Of a stretch of DNA of 64,000 nucleotides, positions 1 through 10,980 are shown one piece after another. How positions within the stretch are numbered: position 1 is the stretch's first letter; every line of letters begins with the position of its first letter. The notes under the pieces were generated by a model. That model ran no database searches. It was not told the DNA's origin and was given only the letters and a program-made list of their open reading frames with translations. The position numbers and the translations under genes were made by a program. Source of the stretch: Trichoplax adhaerens (taxonomy: Eukaryota; Animalia; Placozoa); contig NW_002060945.1 in assembly GCF_000150275.1 (NCBI RefSeq), positions 8,944,011 to 9,008,010 of the forward strand, given 5' to 3'.

Positions 1-60
1 TACGAGTATTTCGCGGTCTATCTCTCTCCATATCATTGGACGACAGTAGACCGTTGTAGA

Positions 61-880
61 GTTGTAGCAGTGGATCGGATTGCAACAATTCTGAGTATTG
101 CCGTTAAACAAGATTACTGTCCTGTCTACGGCGACACTGATGTTGAAGTAGTGGATAGGATTGCAACAATTCGGAGTATTGCCGTTAAAAAAAAACTACT
201 GTCCTGTCTACGACGACACTGATGTTGAAGTAGTGGATAGGATTGCAACAATTCGGAGTATTGCCGTTAAAAAAAAACTACTGTCCTGTCTACGACGACA
301 CTGATGTTGAAGTAGTGGATAGGATTGCAACAATTCGGAGTATTGCCGTTAAAAAAAAACTACTGTCCTGTCTACGGCGACACTGATGTTGAAGTAGTGG
401 ATAGGATTGCAACAATTCGGAGTATTGCCGTTAAAAAAAACTACTATACTGTCTACGGCGACATTGGCGATCGATTGATGTTGTAGTAGTGGATTGGATT
501 GCAACAATTCGGAGTATGGCCGTTAAAACAAGTAAAACAAGACTACTATACTGTCTACGGCGACATTGGCGATCGGTTGATGTTGTAGTTGTGGGTCGGA
601 TTGCAACAATTCGGAGTATTGCCGTTAAAATAAAACTACTATACTGTCTACAGCGACATTGGCGATCGATTGATGTTGGAGTAGTGGATCGGATTGCAAC
701 AATTCGGAGCATTGCCGTTAAAATAAAACTACTATACTGTCTACAGCGACATTGGCGATCGATTGATGTTGGAGTAGTGGATCGGATTGCAACAATTCGG
801 AGCATTGCCGTTAAAATAAAACTACTATACTGTCTACAGCGACATTGGCGATCGGATTGATGTTGGAGCAGTGCAACAAT
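61..880. repeat. Tandem minisatellite, ~82-bp units followed by ~92-102-bp units, in intron 1 of the left-edge ERG gene
   Basis: The motif TTGCAACAATTC recurs at about 80, 161, 243, 325, 407, 499, 601, 694 and 787. The unit contains GATGTTGAAGTAGTGGATAGGATTGCAACAATTCGGAGTATTGCCGTTAAAA...CTGTCTACG. Confidence 0.95.
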
Positions 881-2070
881 TGTGTTATCCTTTGATGTAT
901 TTGGAGTGAATTACTAAAACGAATGTCGTCCACTTTGGGGGCTACTAAAATGATGAATGAAAAAGTGACAGTATTAGCATCCACCAAAATTGTTAGCATA
1001 GAGCAAGCGATGATGATGGATGTAGGCAGATTGCAAGCAAATACATGGATTTAATTTAAAATCAGGATGTCCATGATTGTTGTGTGGTCTATCAAAGTCC
1101 GCTGCAGTTCAGATTAATTAGTGGACATCGACTGTGTATCAATAATATTGTATTGAGTTCCATGACCATGAATTGAGATTGTTCCAGCATCGCTTCTTTT
1201 TGCAATCAACTGATTGACACTAGTGGAAAAACACAAGACAAATCCATTACTTGTCCATTGCTCAACATCCATGCTTGCCTGTGATTGTACGTAAATCAAT
1301 GTTGACAAACTTGTTTCAACTTGAGCTAACTAAGCGTAACATGGACTACTGTATGGCAGAAAAAAAACAAAGTATTTTTCAAAGTAGTTACGGCCTAAAT
1401 GGCAGGGTCAATATTAGCGCAAAAAAGGATCCATCAAGGCCCCATTTTCTCCGATCGTTTCCCATCGCCTTGATCCACTTGAATTTATATTCAAGGATTG
1501 GCTGGTGTCCATTTTCAATCTTGAAGGCAAGACGACGATCCCCCCCCCCCCAAAAAAGAAATTGTTACTACCATATTATCGCCATCATCCTCTACTAAGG
1601 TTGATGGAACGATGATGCCAATCGCTACTCATGTTCTACTACTGGATGGATACTGTCGGCGGAGGGACGTCTTGTGTTTGTTGTTGATTTGATTAAAACA
1701 GATTTGATCGACATCAAAGGGTAAAAAGAATGGCCATGGATCGATGATGACTACTACAATCGATTGATGACATGGTTTACGGATAGCAATGCATTACAGT
1801 AAGCTGATCTCTCCATCAACATGATGAAGAGATCGATCAACCTTGTCAAAAGTGCAAGCAAAGGCTAGTGATGTCGCTTGCATTCTTTCAAGGGTAGCGT
1901 ACTGGAAATAAATCAAAGTCTTGCGTGTTATGCTAGGTAAGATCTAGGTCTGACTCCTTCTTGTCTACCGCATGCTATCCTTGATCAAGCATGGTTATCC
2001 ATGGTACATGCTATACACACTATCCCTTGGCATCAAGTAGGCTACAATTGAAGAAGGCATTTTGACTTAC

Positions 2071-2146
2071 CGGGACCATCAAATCGTTTAATGATGGTTT
2101 CGATAAAGTTGTTTTGCGGCGCTGATAGCCCTCTTCGGATGGGCAT
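2071..2146 (-). CDS. Exon 1 (PAS-cap) of a KCNH/ERG-type voltage-gated K+ channel paralog; the rest of the gene lies left of the window
   Basis: The reverse strand reads ATG CCC ATC CGA AGA GGG CTA TCA GCG CCG CAA AAC... = MPIRRGLSAPQNNFIETIIKRFDGP+G, followed by a GTAAGT donor. It is 76 nt, the same length and phase as exon 1 at 29445-29520, and resembles the hERG N-terminus [25 protein letters not shown]. Confidence 0.9.
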
Positions 2147-2377
2147 CGCTTGATTGTTTTGAACTTGATGATACGCTTTTAGGATAAGGATAATACAAGC
2201 AAAGCAAGTAATTGCCTTACATCAATGGAAAGTCTCTTTTTCTGTCGCTAAGATTGATTTGCTTTCGCCAAGAGAGAGCAGAAACTGCCAACCATCACAA
2301 CTAGGATGGCAAAGTTGGGGAAGATTTAGCGTCGATGTTGAAAAATTTGTTTGCTACAACACAAGGTCAACCGGTGG

Positions 2378-3250
2378 TGGAGCGGTCCGTTCCGGTCCAG
2401 CGCGAGGGTGTTGTACGTTTACTTTAGCGCATGACTTAGTAGGGACGAGCGACACAAGCGTTTGTACTGTACACTGTACACTGTACACTGTGGGCCAAAG
2501 TGCAGTCATGGATGACAGGGACCACACTCGGTGTTGCGGTCCGTTCCGGTCCAGCGCGAGGGTGTTGTACGTTTACCTTAGCGCTTGACTTACAGTACTG
2601 TACTGTACACTGTACAGTAGTAGGGACGAGCGGCACAAGCGTTTGTACTGTACACTGTACAGTAGTAGGGACGAGCGGCACAAGCGTTTGTACTGTACAC
2701 TGTACACTGTGGCCCAAAGTGCAGTCATTGATCACACGGACCGCGCCAGGTGTTGCGGTGTGTTCCGGTACAGCGCCAGGCTATGCTACATTTACAGTAC
2801 TGTACTGTACTGTACTGTACTGTAGAGACGAGCGACACAAGCGTTTGCACTGTACACTGTACACTGTGGGCCAAGTGCAGTCATTGATCACTTAAGACCG
2901 CACCAGGTGTTGCGGTACGTTCCGGTACAGCGCCAGGCTATGCTTACACCTGTCGAAGGTTTGGTTCTACAGTACAGTACTGTACTGTACTGTACTGTAG
3001 CGACACAAGCGTTTGTACTGTACTGTACACTGTGGGCCAAAGGGCAACCATTGATCACTAGGACTACAGTACAGTACACTAGGTGTTCCGGTACAGCGCC
3101 AGGCTAGGCTACGTTTACTTTAGCGGTTGACTGTGGGGTAGGACGAGCGACACAAGCCTTTCCACTACAGTACTGTACACTGTACACTGTGACTATCACA
3201 GTCTACTGTCACTATGCAGTCATCCATTACTAGGACTACAGTACACTGGG
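2378..3250. repeat. Degenerate ~155-220-bp tandem repeat with internal 45-bp duplication and TACTG runs, upstream of the left ERG gene
   Basis: GCGGT(C/A)CGTTCCGGT(C/A)CAGCGC and GACGAGCG(A/G)CACAAGCGTTTGTACTGTACACTG recur at about 2381, 2536, 2755, 2911 and 3083. Confidence 0.9.
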
Positions 3251-3960
3251 AGTTTTACAGTACAGTACAGTATATGGAACCTTAGAGCATTGTACTGTAC
3301 TGTACTGTACTGTGTACAGTGTACAGTACAACTCGTTCTGTACTGTAGTACTACGTACTGTACAGTACAGTACCATAGCATACTGTACGACCGTTGGTTG
3401 CTACAGTATTGTACGATTGACTAGACCTGACGGATTGACCGACTGGCAAGAATAAAAAGCTCCAATGATCAATATCGCCAGCAACCCATGGCGATTCCGT
3501 TCAAACCCATAGCATGGACATTATTTGCAGTCATCGACTTATCCAAACAGCCTAGGCTGTGCTGAAAGCTTTCTTATTGCTTTATTGCTTCTTTGTCAAT
3601 CATCATCATACAGTACAATCGATATTGGAAATAGAAAAAAATCAACTCCAAAAATTAATGGTAATGTCATTATGTACATCATAATTTACAAATAGTATCG
3701 CATCATCAAGTATGCAAGCGCAAATTGACAGTAACAGTACACTTTCAAAATCACAATTCTAAAGCCAACTCTACTCCGTGATAGCGATAGACTTTTACTT
3801 TAGTACAATACATTGTCCATGTTGTCATTTACAAGGAAATTTCTCCTGTAATCACAATACGCAACAAGTTAGTGCCTTGACCATGGGTAGACAGCCTTGC
3901 GTGCCATGTATCCATTAAGGTTAAGGGCGGTACCACAATCCAGTTAATGGGCCAGCCACA

Positions 3961-6704
3961 TCAACTATCAGTATCTGAATCAGTTAAACGCAAATCTTCA
4001 CCTAAATAAACAAAGAGAGGAAAAATAAATGGCAGACATCAAAACGGTTTGGACCGAACCGAACCTTTCTCAGGTCTAATTGCAGTCTACCATCATGGCT
4101 AGTAACAATCCGTGCATTTTTGTCATTTGTGTGCGATCATCATCAAGTACTGTACAGTACAATATCAGTTCAATTCAGAAAACAGCTCTCTTTCATAGTC
4201 CAAATTCACTTACTGAGTATTCCATCTTCTAAATCATTCTTGGCAGCTTCATACAGACTACGACGCTTATTATCGCTTGCTGATCGAGTATTTTGACTGA
4301 CCGTGCTGCTTACACGATCATCTTGAGCTACTGAAGTCGTATCCTCTTCACTTTCACTACTGTCAGAATGGTCGCTATTGCTACTGCTGTCATCGCTCAC
4401 TTTATTTCCATAATCGTTCTCCAGCTGCACATCGTCTTCGTCCTCACTGCTACTAGCGCTTAACCTGTATGATTTTTCTGACGCTAAACCAGCATTTTTC
4501 TTGATATCTAAGAAATATCAATTGGATATCAAGCTATGGCGCCCATTCTATTCTTCAAATACATCTTGAATAAAGCAACAACCATGTGACAAATTGATCG
4601 ATTGGTAAAAAAAAGGCGTTACCTTGAGAGCCAGCAAGTCTTTTATTGCTAGGTATATTCATTTTACAAGTTGTATTAGGAGACTGGGAAATTTTACGCA
4701 ACTTGAGTTTCGTAGGTTGTGAATTGACTTGACAACTTACTGTTCTGTTCATTGCAATAAGAGAGGGTTAACCAGTAATGCAATATCGATTGTAAACACT
4801 CAGTGTCACTTAGCTTAATATCACTATTGCCAAATACCTTGTGCGTTTCAATTGCATGTGGCTGCCAATTCTTTCTAATGTTATAGTCTAACATGATGAA
4901 TAATGCAAATTAATCAACCAATCAATCAGATCATCGACTAAAAATGACTCTATGCATAAATCCTACTGATTACTCAACAAATCAATTCTTAGTCGGATGC
5001 TTGGAATTTATTTGCACATGACATGGCTAAAACGATCCTTGTACCTTGGATTTTTTATTAATTAGTAAAATGCATTCTTTGGAAGATGGTCTCATTGAGC
5101 CTTTGAACTCAGTGGCAGTACTTTGCTGTGGTGATTGAGGGTCATTTGCATTCTGTAACATGATGATCATTTTTTACAATCGAGTGTATTGTTCTAACTT
5201 GAGTTTAGCCAATATTTCATCTTGTAATATGGATGATCACTTACTTGGTGATGGGGTAAAGTCACGGTGCAGTCTTTATTGCCACCTATCTTGATGTTGC
5301 CAGTGCTGTGGACATCAATAGAAGCGGGTACAAAGTCATCTATTGAAAATGCAATCAACAAGCAGACTTTGAATCTTCATATCTGCATGATAAGTCGATG
5401 ACGATACAGTGTCATGCAAATTATTTCATGTCCATTCTTGCAACCCAAGGCAAATACGCGTGTAAACTATGTATCAGCAATACATCCATTTGCTTCCACT
5501 ATCCAAAATCAACATGATGTACGGTCGTTTATCGAACTATCATGCTATCACTGTACGCGTATGAAGGTGTATGACAAATGACAATCTGCAAGTTTTTGCA
5601 CTTTCTTTGCAATGGTACTTACCAATTGATTGTTATTCTTTTAGTTGGAGTCAATGGATCAACTGTAATAGTAAGTTTCAACTTGATACTGATGGCTTTT
5701 GGAAAGACAGTAAGTTAAGGGTCTACGATGGTTACCGACATGTTTGAAAAGGTATGATCATGCCTGTTGTACGCTATTGATTGCATGTTGTATTGCTAGT
5801 GGGCAGTGTTGACCGAAACGCTGGTACCGTACTTACCTATTGATGGTTATTCTTTTAGTTCGAGTCAATGGATCAACTGTAATAGTAAGTTTCAACTTGA
5901 TACTGATGGCTTTTGGAAAGACAGTAAGTTAAGGGTCTACGATGGTTACCGACATGTTTGAAAAGGTATGATCATGCCTGTTGTACGCTATTGATTGCAT
6001 GTTGTATTGCTAGTGGACAGTGTTGACCGAAACGCTGGTACTACGCGTACTACCGTGATAGTATGGGACTACGTCTGTAGCCTGTTGGAATGACATTATT
6101 ATCAAGCTATGTTTGTCGCTATCAATATTGCTCTATTTTACAGCACTATATTATACTGTCCATGATGAAGAGAAGACGCTGGCTAGTTTAAACCGACACA
6201 AACACTATTTTACATGTCCAGCTGTACTGTATTTGGAAAGATCTGTGATGGTCACAAGCGATATTGTAATCATCAGAATAATCCTACTACTGGGGTAGTT
6301 TGATAGGACACACGTAGTCCATCGTCTATTGCCTAGGAGGCAATTGTTATTGTGGGATTGAACCTTTGATTGAAAAAAAAGACAGTCAACAAGTCCTAAG
6401 CAAGAAAATAATACTGTCCAATTTGACCTTTGAAAATCAATCGGAGAAAATTGATGATAACACTGTTGATTTTGCCTTGTCAATACGGTAGTATGAGATG
6501 AGCATAGAGTCTTTTGGTAAGGCACAACTATGTCAATGTATGCTAGTCAAAAGCTAACCGAGAATACAGGTTTCAAGTTCATAAAGTAATTGTACAATAA
6601 GACATACAACGAATGGTATGAAATAGTTTCTCTTCACAGCTGCCAAAACTGCTTCCTAGTTTGAATTGGCGATTTTCACCAACTGCGATCAAGTCCTCTG
6701 CCAT
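3961..6704 (-). CDS. EAF1: ELL-associated factor (EAF1/EAF2 family), 7 exons, ~268 aa
   Basis: GT-AG exons 6704-6608, 5339-5245, 5152-5045, 4887-4838, 4744-4623, 4507-4214 and 4001-3961 join in frame (807 nt). Translation includes MAEDLIAVGENRQFKLGSSF..LFHTIRYDFVPASID..VTLPH..FKGSMRPSSKECILLINKKSKTITLERIGSHMQLKRTR (EAF domain), an acidic/Ser-rich tail, and the terminus EDLRLTDSDTDS* (cf. EAF1 NDLQLSESGSDSDD). Confidence 0.93.
5615..6040. repeat. ~214-bp tandem duplication in EAF intron 1
   Basis: TTATTCTTTTAGTT(G/C)GAGTCAATGGATCAACTG...CGAAACGCTGGTAC occurs twice, nearly identical (about 5615-5828 and 5829-6040). Confidence 0.95.
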
Positions 6705-6994
6705 TGCTGCCACTGTCTGAAATGCATTTCAGACGTCTGACAATACGTCTTTTCCATACTGTACTGTATATAGTAATTAGGCGTATTGTCCAGTATGAAT
6801 GATTGCTTGCTGTAGTGCCCTTGCCAAAGCGTCTGTGATTTTCCCTATTGTACCTTGTATGGTGGTGTCCTGTTTGTACACTGTACAGTGTAGAGTATGC
6901 TTTTGGCTACCGTCAGACAGTGGCTTCCAAAAAAGTCTCCTAGTCGCTCTCTACCTTGTCCATGGCTGTACTGTTTGGACGTAGTCCAGTAGAC

Positions 6995-7355
6995 AGTATG
7001 AATGTAGACCATGATTAGAAGAAGGTTTCCCACACTTCCACTACAGTATCCTTTACTGCTTTAGGAGAAGGATTTTGATGCATCATGGACAAGCCAATCA
7101 AAGGACTGTACAGTACAGTAGGCGCACTTTTTCCCTTCTTATGGGCCTTCCTTACTGTACGTCATCCATTGCAAGTATGAATGTAGACCATGATTAGAAG
7201 AAGGTTTCTCACACTTCCACTACAGTATCCTTTACTGCTTTAGGAGAAGGGTTTTGATGCATCATGGACAAGCCAATCAAAGGGCTGACTGTACACTGTA
7301 CTGTAGGCGCACTTTTTCCCTTATGGGCCTTCCTTACTGTACATCATCCATTGCA
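6995..7355. repeat. ~180-bp tandem duplication upstream of EAF, with a degenerate copy near 7780-7930
   Basis: GTATGAATGTAGACCATGATTAGAAGAAGG...CATCCATTGCAA occurs at about 6996 and 7175. Confidence 0.9.
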
Positions 7356-8204
7356 ATGACGATGTAGAAACCCAATGAACTTATGTTGTGTTATGATACT
7401 GTAGGACATTGTGGCATGGTTGACTAACGTCCATTTCTGTCTACATGCAAATTCAGTACAGCGTGTTTACATTCGCTTGAGATTATAAGACTTTTATTTT
7501 AATGCTATTATCAATATCAAAACGTTGTCGATTTCATACCAGCATGTAGCTAATGAGCTGAAGATTCTACAGTACAGTACTGTACAGTATACTGTATGAG
7601 TGAGTAAAAGTCAATTTGAAATAACACTCAAATCATTCTATCTACAGTACAGTACAGCATGACTTTGGAATGGATTGCATTGGTCTTCTACAGTACTTTT
7701 TGAAAGTGTATAGTAAGAGGGTTTGGCTACTTTGGCATACTGTACTGTACACTGTACAGTACAGTACTGTTTGGATCGTTCATGGACAAGCCGACCAAAG
7801 GATGGGACTGTACACTGTATACTGTACTGCATGCGCACTTTTTTGCGAATGGGGGCCTTGCTTAGGCTATGCAATCCAATTCCAATGGCAATGTAGAAAG
7901 CCAATTAGCTTCCCTTGTGCTATGATACTACAGTGAGACATGTTTGACTTGTGTCCATCTATAGACAGTGCATGCCAACCAAGTATGCAGTAGTACAATT
8001 TTGGAATCCATTGGATTTGTCTTTGGCCATGATCTACAGTACTGTACACTTGTACAGTACAGTAGATATCGCCAGGTTTGGTTTTATGCGGTCTACACTA
8101 GTACCCTATCATACCGTATCGGACCGAACCGTACCGCATCGTATTCTGTACAATGGACATGTTGGCCGTACTGTATGCGCAAATTGCCGATGCGACATTT
8201 GAAA

Positions 8205-10770
8205 AACCGTCGAGGTAAGAGAAAAAAACTTCTGACGGCGCTTGTATGAGATAGTCAGTCCAATTTCTGACGGCACTTGTATGAGATAGAGAGTCCAATT
8301 TCTCAACGGCAATTACTGTATATGACATACTATAGACAGTCCAACTTCTGACGGCACTTGTATTAGATAGAGAGTCTAATTTCTTGACGGCAATTACAGT
8401 ACATACTGTAGACAGTCCAACTTCCGACGGCACTTGTACACTACAGTATGAGATAGAGAGTCCAACTTCTTGACGGCAATTACAGTACTGTACAGTACAC
8501 TGTACAGTATATTTACAGTACATACTGTAGGCAGTCCGACTTCTGACGGCACTTGTACAGTATTACTGTGTAGAGAGTAAAACTTCTTGACGGCAATTAC
8601 AGTACTGTATATTTACAGTACATACTGTAGACAGTCCAACTTCTGACGGCACTTGTATTACTGTGTACTGTAGAGAGTAAAACTTCTTGACGGCAATTAC
8701 AGTACTGTACACTGTACAGTACTGTATATTTACAGTACATACTGTAGACAGTCCAACTTCTGACGGCACTTGTACTGTATCACTGTACAGTACAGTACTG
8801 TAGATAGAGAGTAAAACTTCTTGACGGCAATTACAGTACATACTGTAGACAGTCCAACTTCTGACGGCACTTGTATGAGATAGAGAGTCCAACTTCTTGA
8901 CGGCAATTACAGTACTGTACACTGTACAGTATATTTACAGTACATACTGTAGACAGTCCAACTTCTGACGGCACTTGTACAGTATTACTGTGTAGAGAGT
9001 AAAACTTCTTGACGGCAATTACAGTACTGTATATTTACAGTACTGTAGACAGTCCAACTTCTGACGGCACTTGTATTACTGTGTACTGTAGAGAGTAAAG
9101 CTTCTTGACGGCAATTACAGTACATACTGTAGACAGTCCAACTTCTGACGGCACTTGTATCACTGTACAGTACAGTAGATAGAGAGTAAAACTTCTTGAC
9201 GGCAATTACAGTACATACTGTAGACAGTCCAACTTCTGACGGCACTTGTATGAGATAGAGAGTCCAACTTCTTGACGGCAATTACAGTACTGTACTGTAC
9301 AGTACAGTATATTTACAGTACTGTACATACTGTACTGTAGACAGTCCAACTTCTGACGGCACTTGTATTACTGTACAGTACAGTACTGTAGATAGAGAGT
9401 AAAACTTCTTGACGGCAATTACAGTACAGCACTGTACAGTACATACTGTAGACAGTCCAACTTCTGACGGCACTTGTATGAGATAGAGAATCCAACTTCT
9501 TGACGGCAATTACAGTATAATTACAGTACATACTGTAGACAGTCCAACTTCTTGTAAAACTTATACAGTATGAGATAGACAGTCTAAGTTCTTGACGGCA
9601 ATTACAGTACTGTATAATTACAGTACATACTGTACAGTACTGTAGACAGTCCAACTTCTTGTAAAACTTGTACAGTACAGTATGAGATAGACAGTCCAAG
9701 TTCTTGACGGCAATTACAGTACATACTGTAGACAGTCCAACTTCTTGTAAAACTTGTACAGTATGAGATAGACAGTCCAAGTTCTTGACGGCAATTACAG
9801 TACATACTGTAGACAGTCCAACTTCTTGTAAAACTTGTACAGTATGAGATAGACAGTCCAAGTTCTTGACGGCAATTACAGTACTGTATAATTACAGTAC
9901 ATACAGTACTGTAGACAGTCCAACTTCTTGTAAAACTTGTACAGTACAGTATGAGATAGACAGTCCAAGTTCTTGACGGCAATTACAGTACATACTGTAG
10001 ACAGTCCAACTTCTTGACGGCAATTACAGTACATACTGTAGACAGTCCAACTTCTTGTAAAACTTGTACAGTATGAGATAGACAGTCCAACTTCTTGACG
10101 GCAATTACAGTACATACTGTAGACAGTCCAACTTCTTGTACAGTACAGTATGAGATAGACAGTCCAACTTCTTGACGGCAATTACAGTACATACTGTAGA
10201 CAGTCCAACTTCTTGTACAGTACAGTATGAGATAGACAGTCCAACTTCTTGACGGCACTTGTATGAGATAGACAGCAAAATTTCTGACGGCACTTATATG
10301 AGATAGACAGTCCAACTTTTGGACATAGTCACAGTGGAACAGCGTCGAAGGAAGAGAAAAAAACTTGTTAACGCCACTTACTGTCCAGTATATGGCATAC
10401 TGGAGAGTGTAGACAGCAAAACTTGTGAACGGCACTTGTATATGAGATAGTCAGTCCAATTTCTGGACATAGTCACAGTGGAACAGTGTCGAAGGAAGAG
10501 AAAAAAAACTTGTCAACGCCACTGGTAGAAGATAGACAGTCCAACTTCTACACGGCAACTACAGTACCGTGTATAGGACATACTGTAATCAGTCCAACTT
10601 GTCAACGGCACTTCTATGAGATAGTCAGTCCAATTTCTTGACAGTGGAACAGTAGACAGTGTCGAAGGAAGAGCAAAAAAACTTGTTAACGCCACTGGTA
10701 GAAGATAGACAGTCCAACTTGTCAACGCCACTGGTAGAAGATAGACAGCCCAACTTGTCAACGCCGTCAT
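8205..10770. repeat. ~2.5-kb complex minisatellite between the divergent EAF and MSL1 genes
   Basis: Cores GTAGACAGTCCAACTTCTGACGGCACTTGTA and GA(G/C)AGT(AA/CC)AACTTCTTGACGGCAATTACAGTA alternate, separated by variable-length TACTG/TACAG runs. Unit variants change along the array. Confidence 0.95.
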
Positions 10771-10980
10771 AGTGGGCACAGCCGTCGATGCTGCTAACAC
10801 ACAATCTGGATTGCGTGCGTTTATCTCCTTCAATTCCAGCCAGAACCACTGGTAGCGCAGACGGTCAAGCAAGTAGCTCAAATTAGCCAGTAAAAGGTCC
10901 AATTCAAGCATTGGCACGCCATCCAGGCCGACGGTACTTTTCCTACAATTTCATCGACCAATTCAACGCAAAGAAAAGGA

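Noticed and set aside
431-860. ORFs of 123-124 aa on both strands
   Set aside because: They arise from 93-bp (multiple of 3) repeat units in an intron.
2259-3107. Cys/Thr/Val/Tyr-rich ORFs
   Set aside because: They are products of TACTG-rich repeats.
8205-10770. CRISPR-like appearance (conserved ~30-bp cores with variable spacers)
   Set aside because: The spacers are length variants of the same TACAG/TACTG microsatellite rather than unique sequences. There are no cas genes and the context is intron-rich eukaryotic DNA.
8098-10917. Many overlapping minus-strand ORFs of 67-182 aa
   Set aside because: They are translations of the minisatellite in several frames, with no domain signal.
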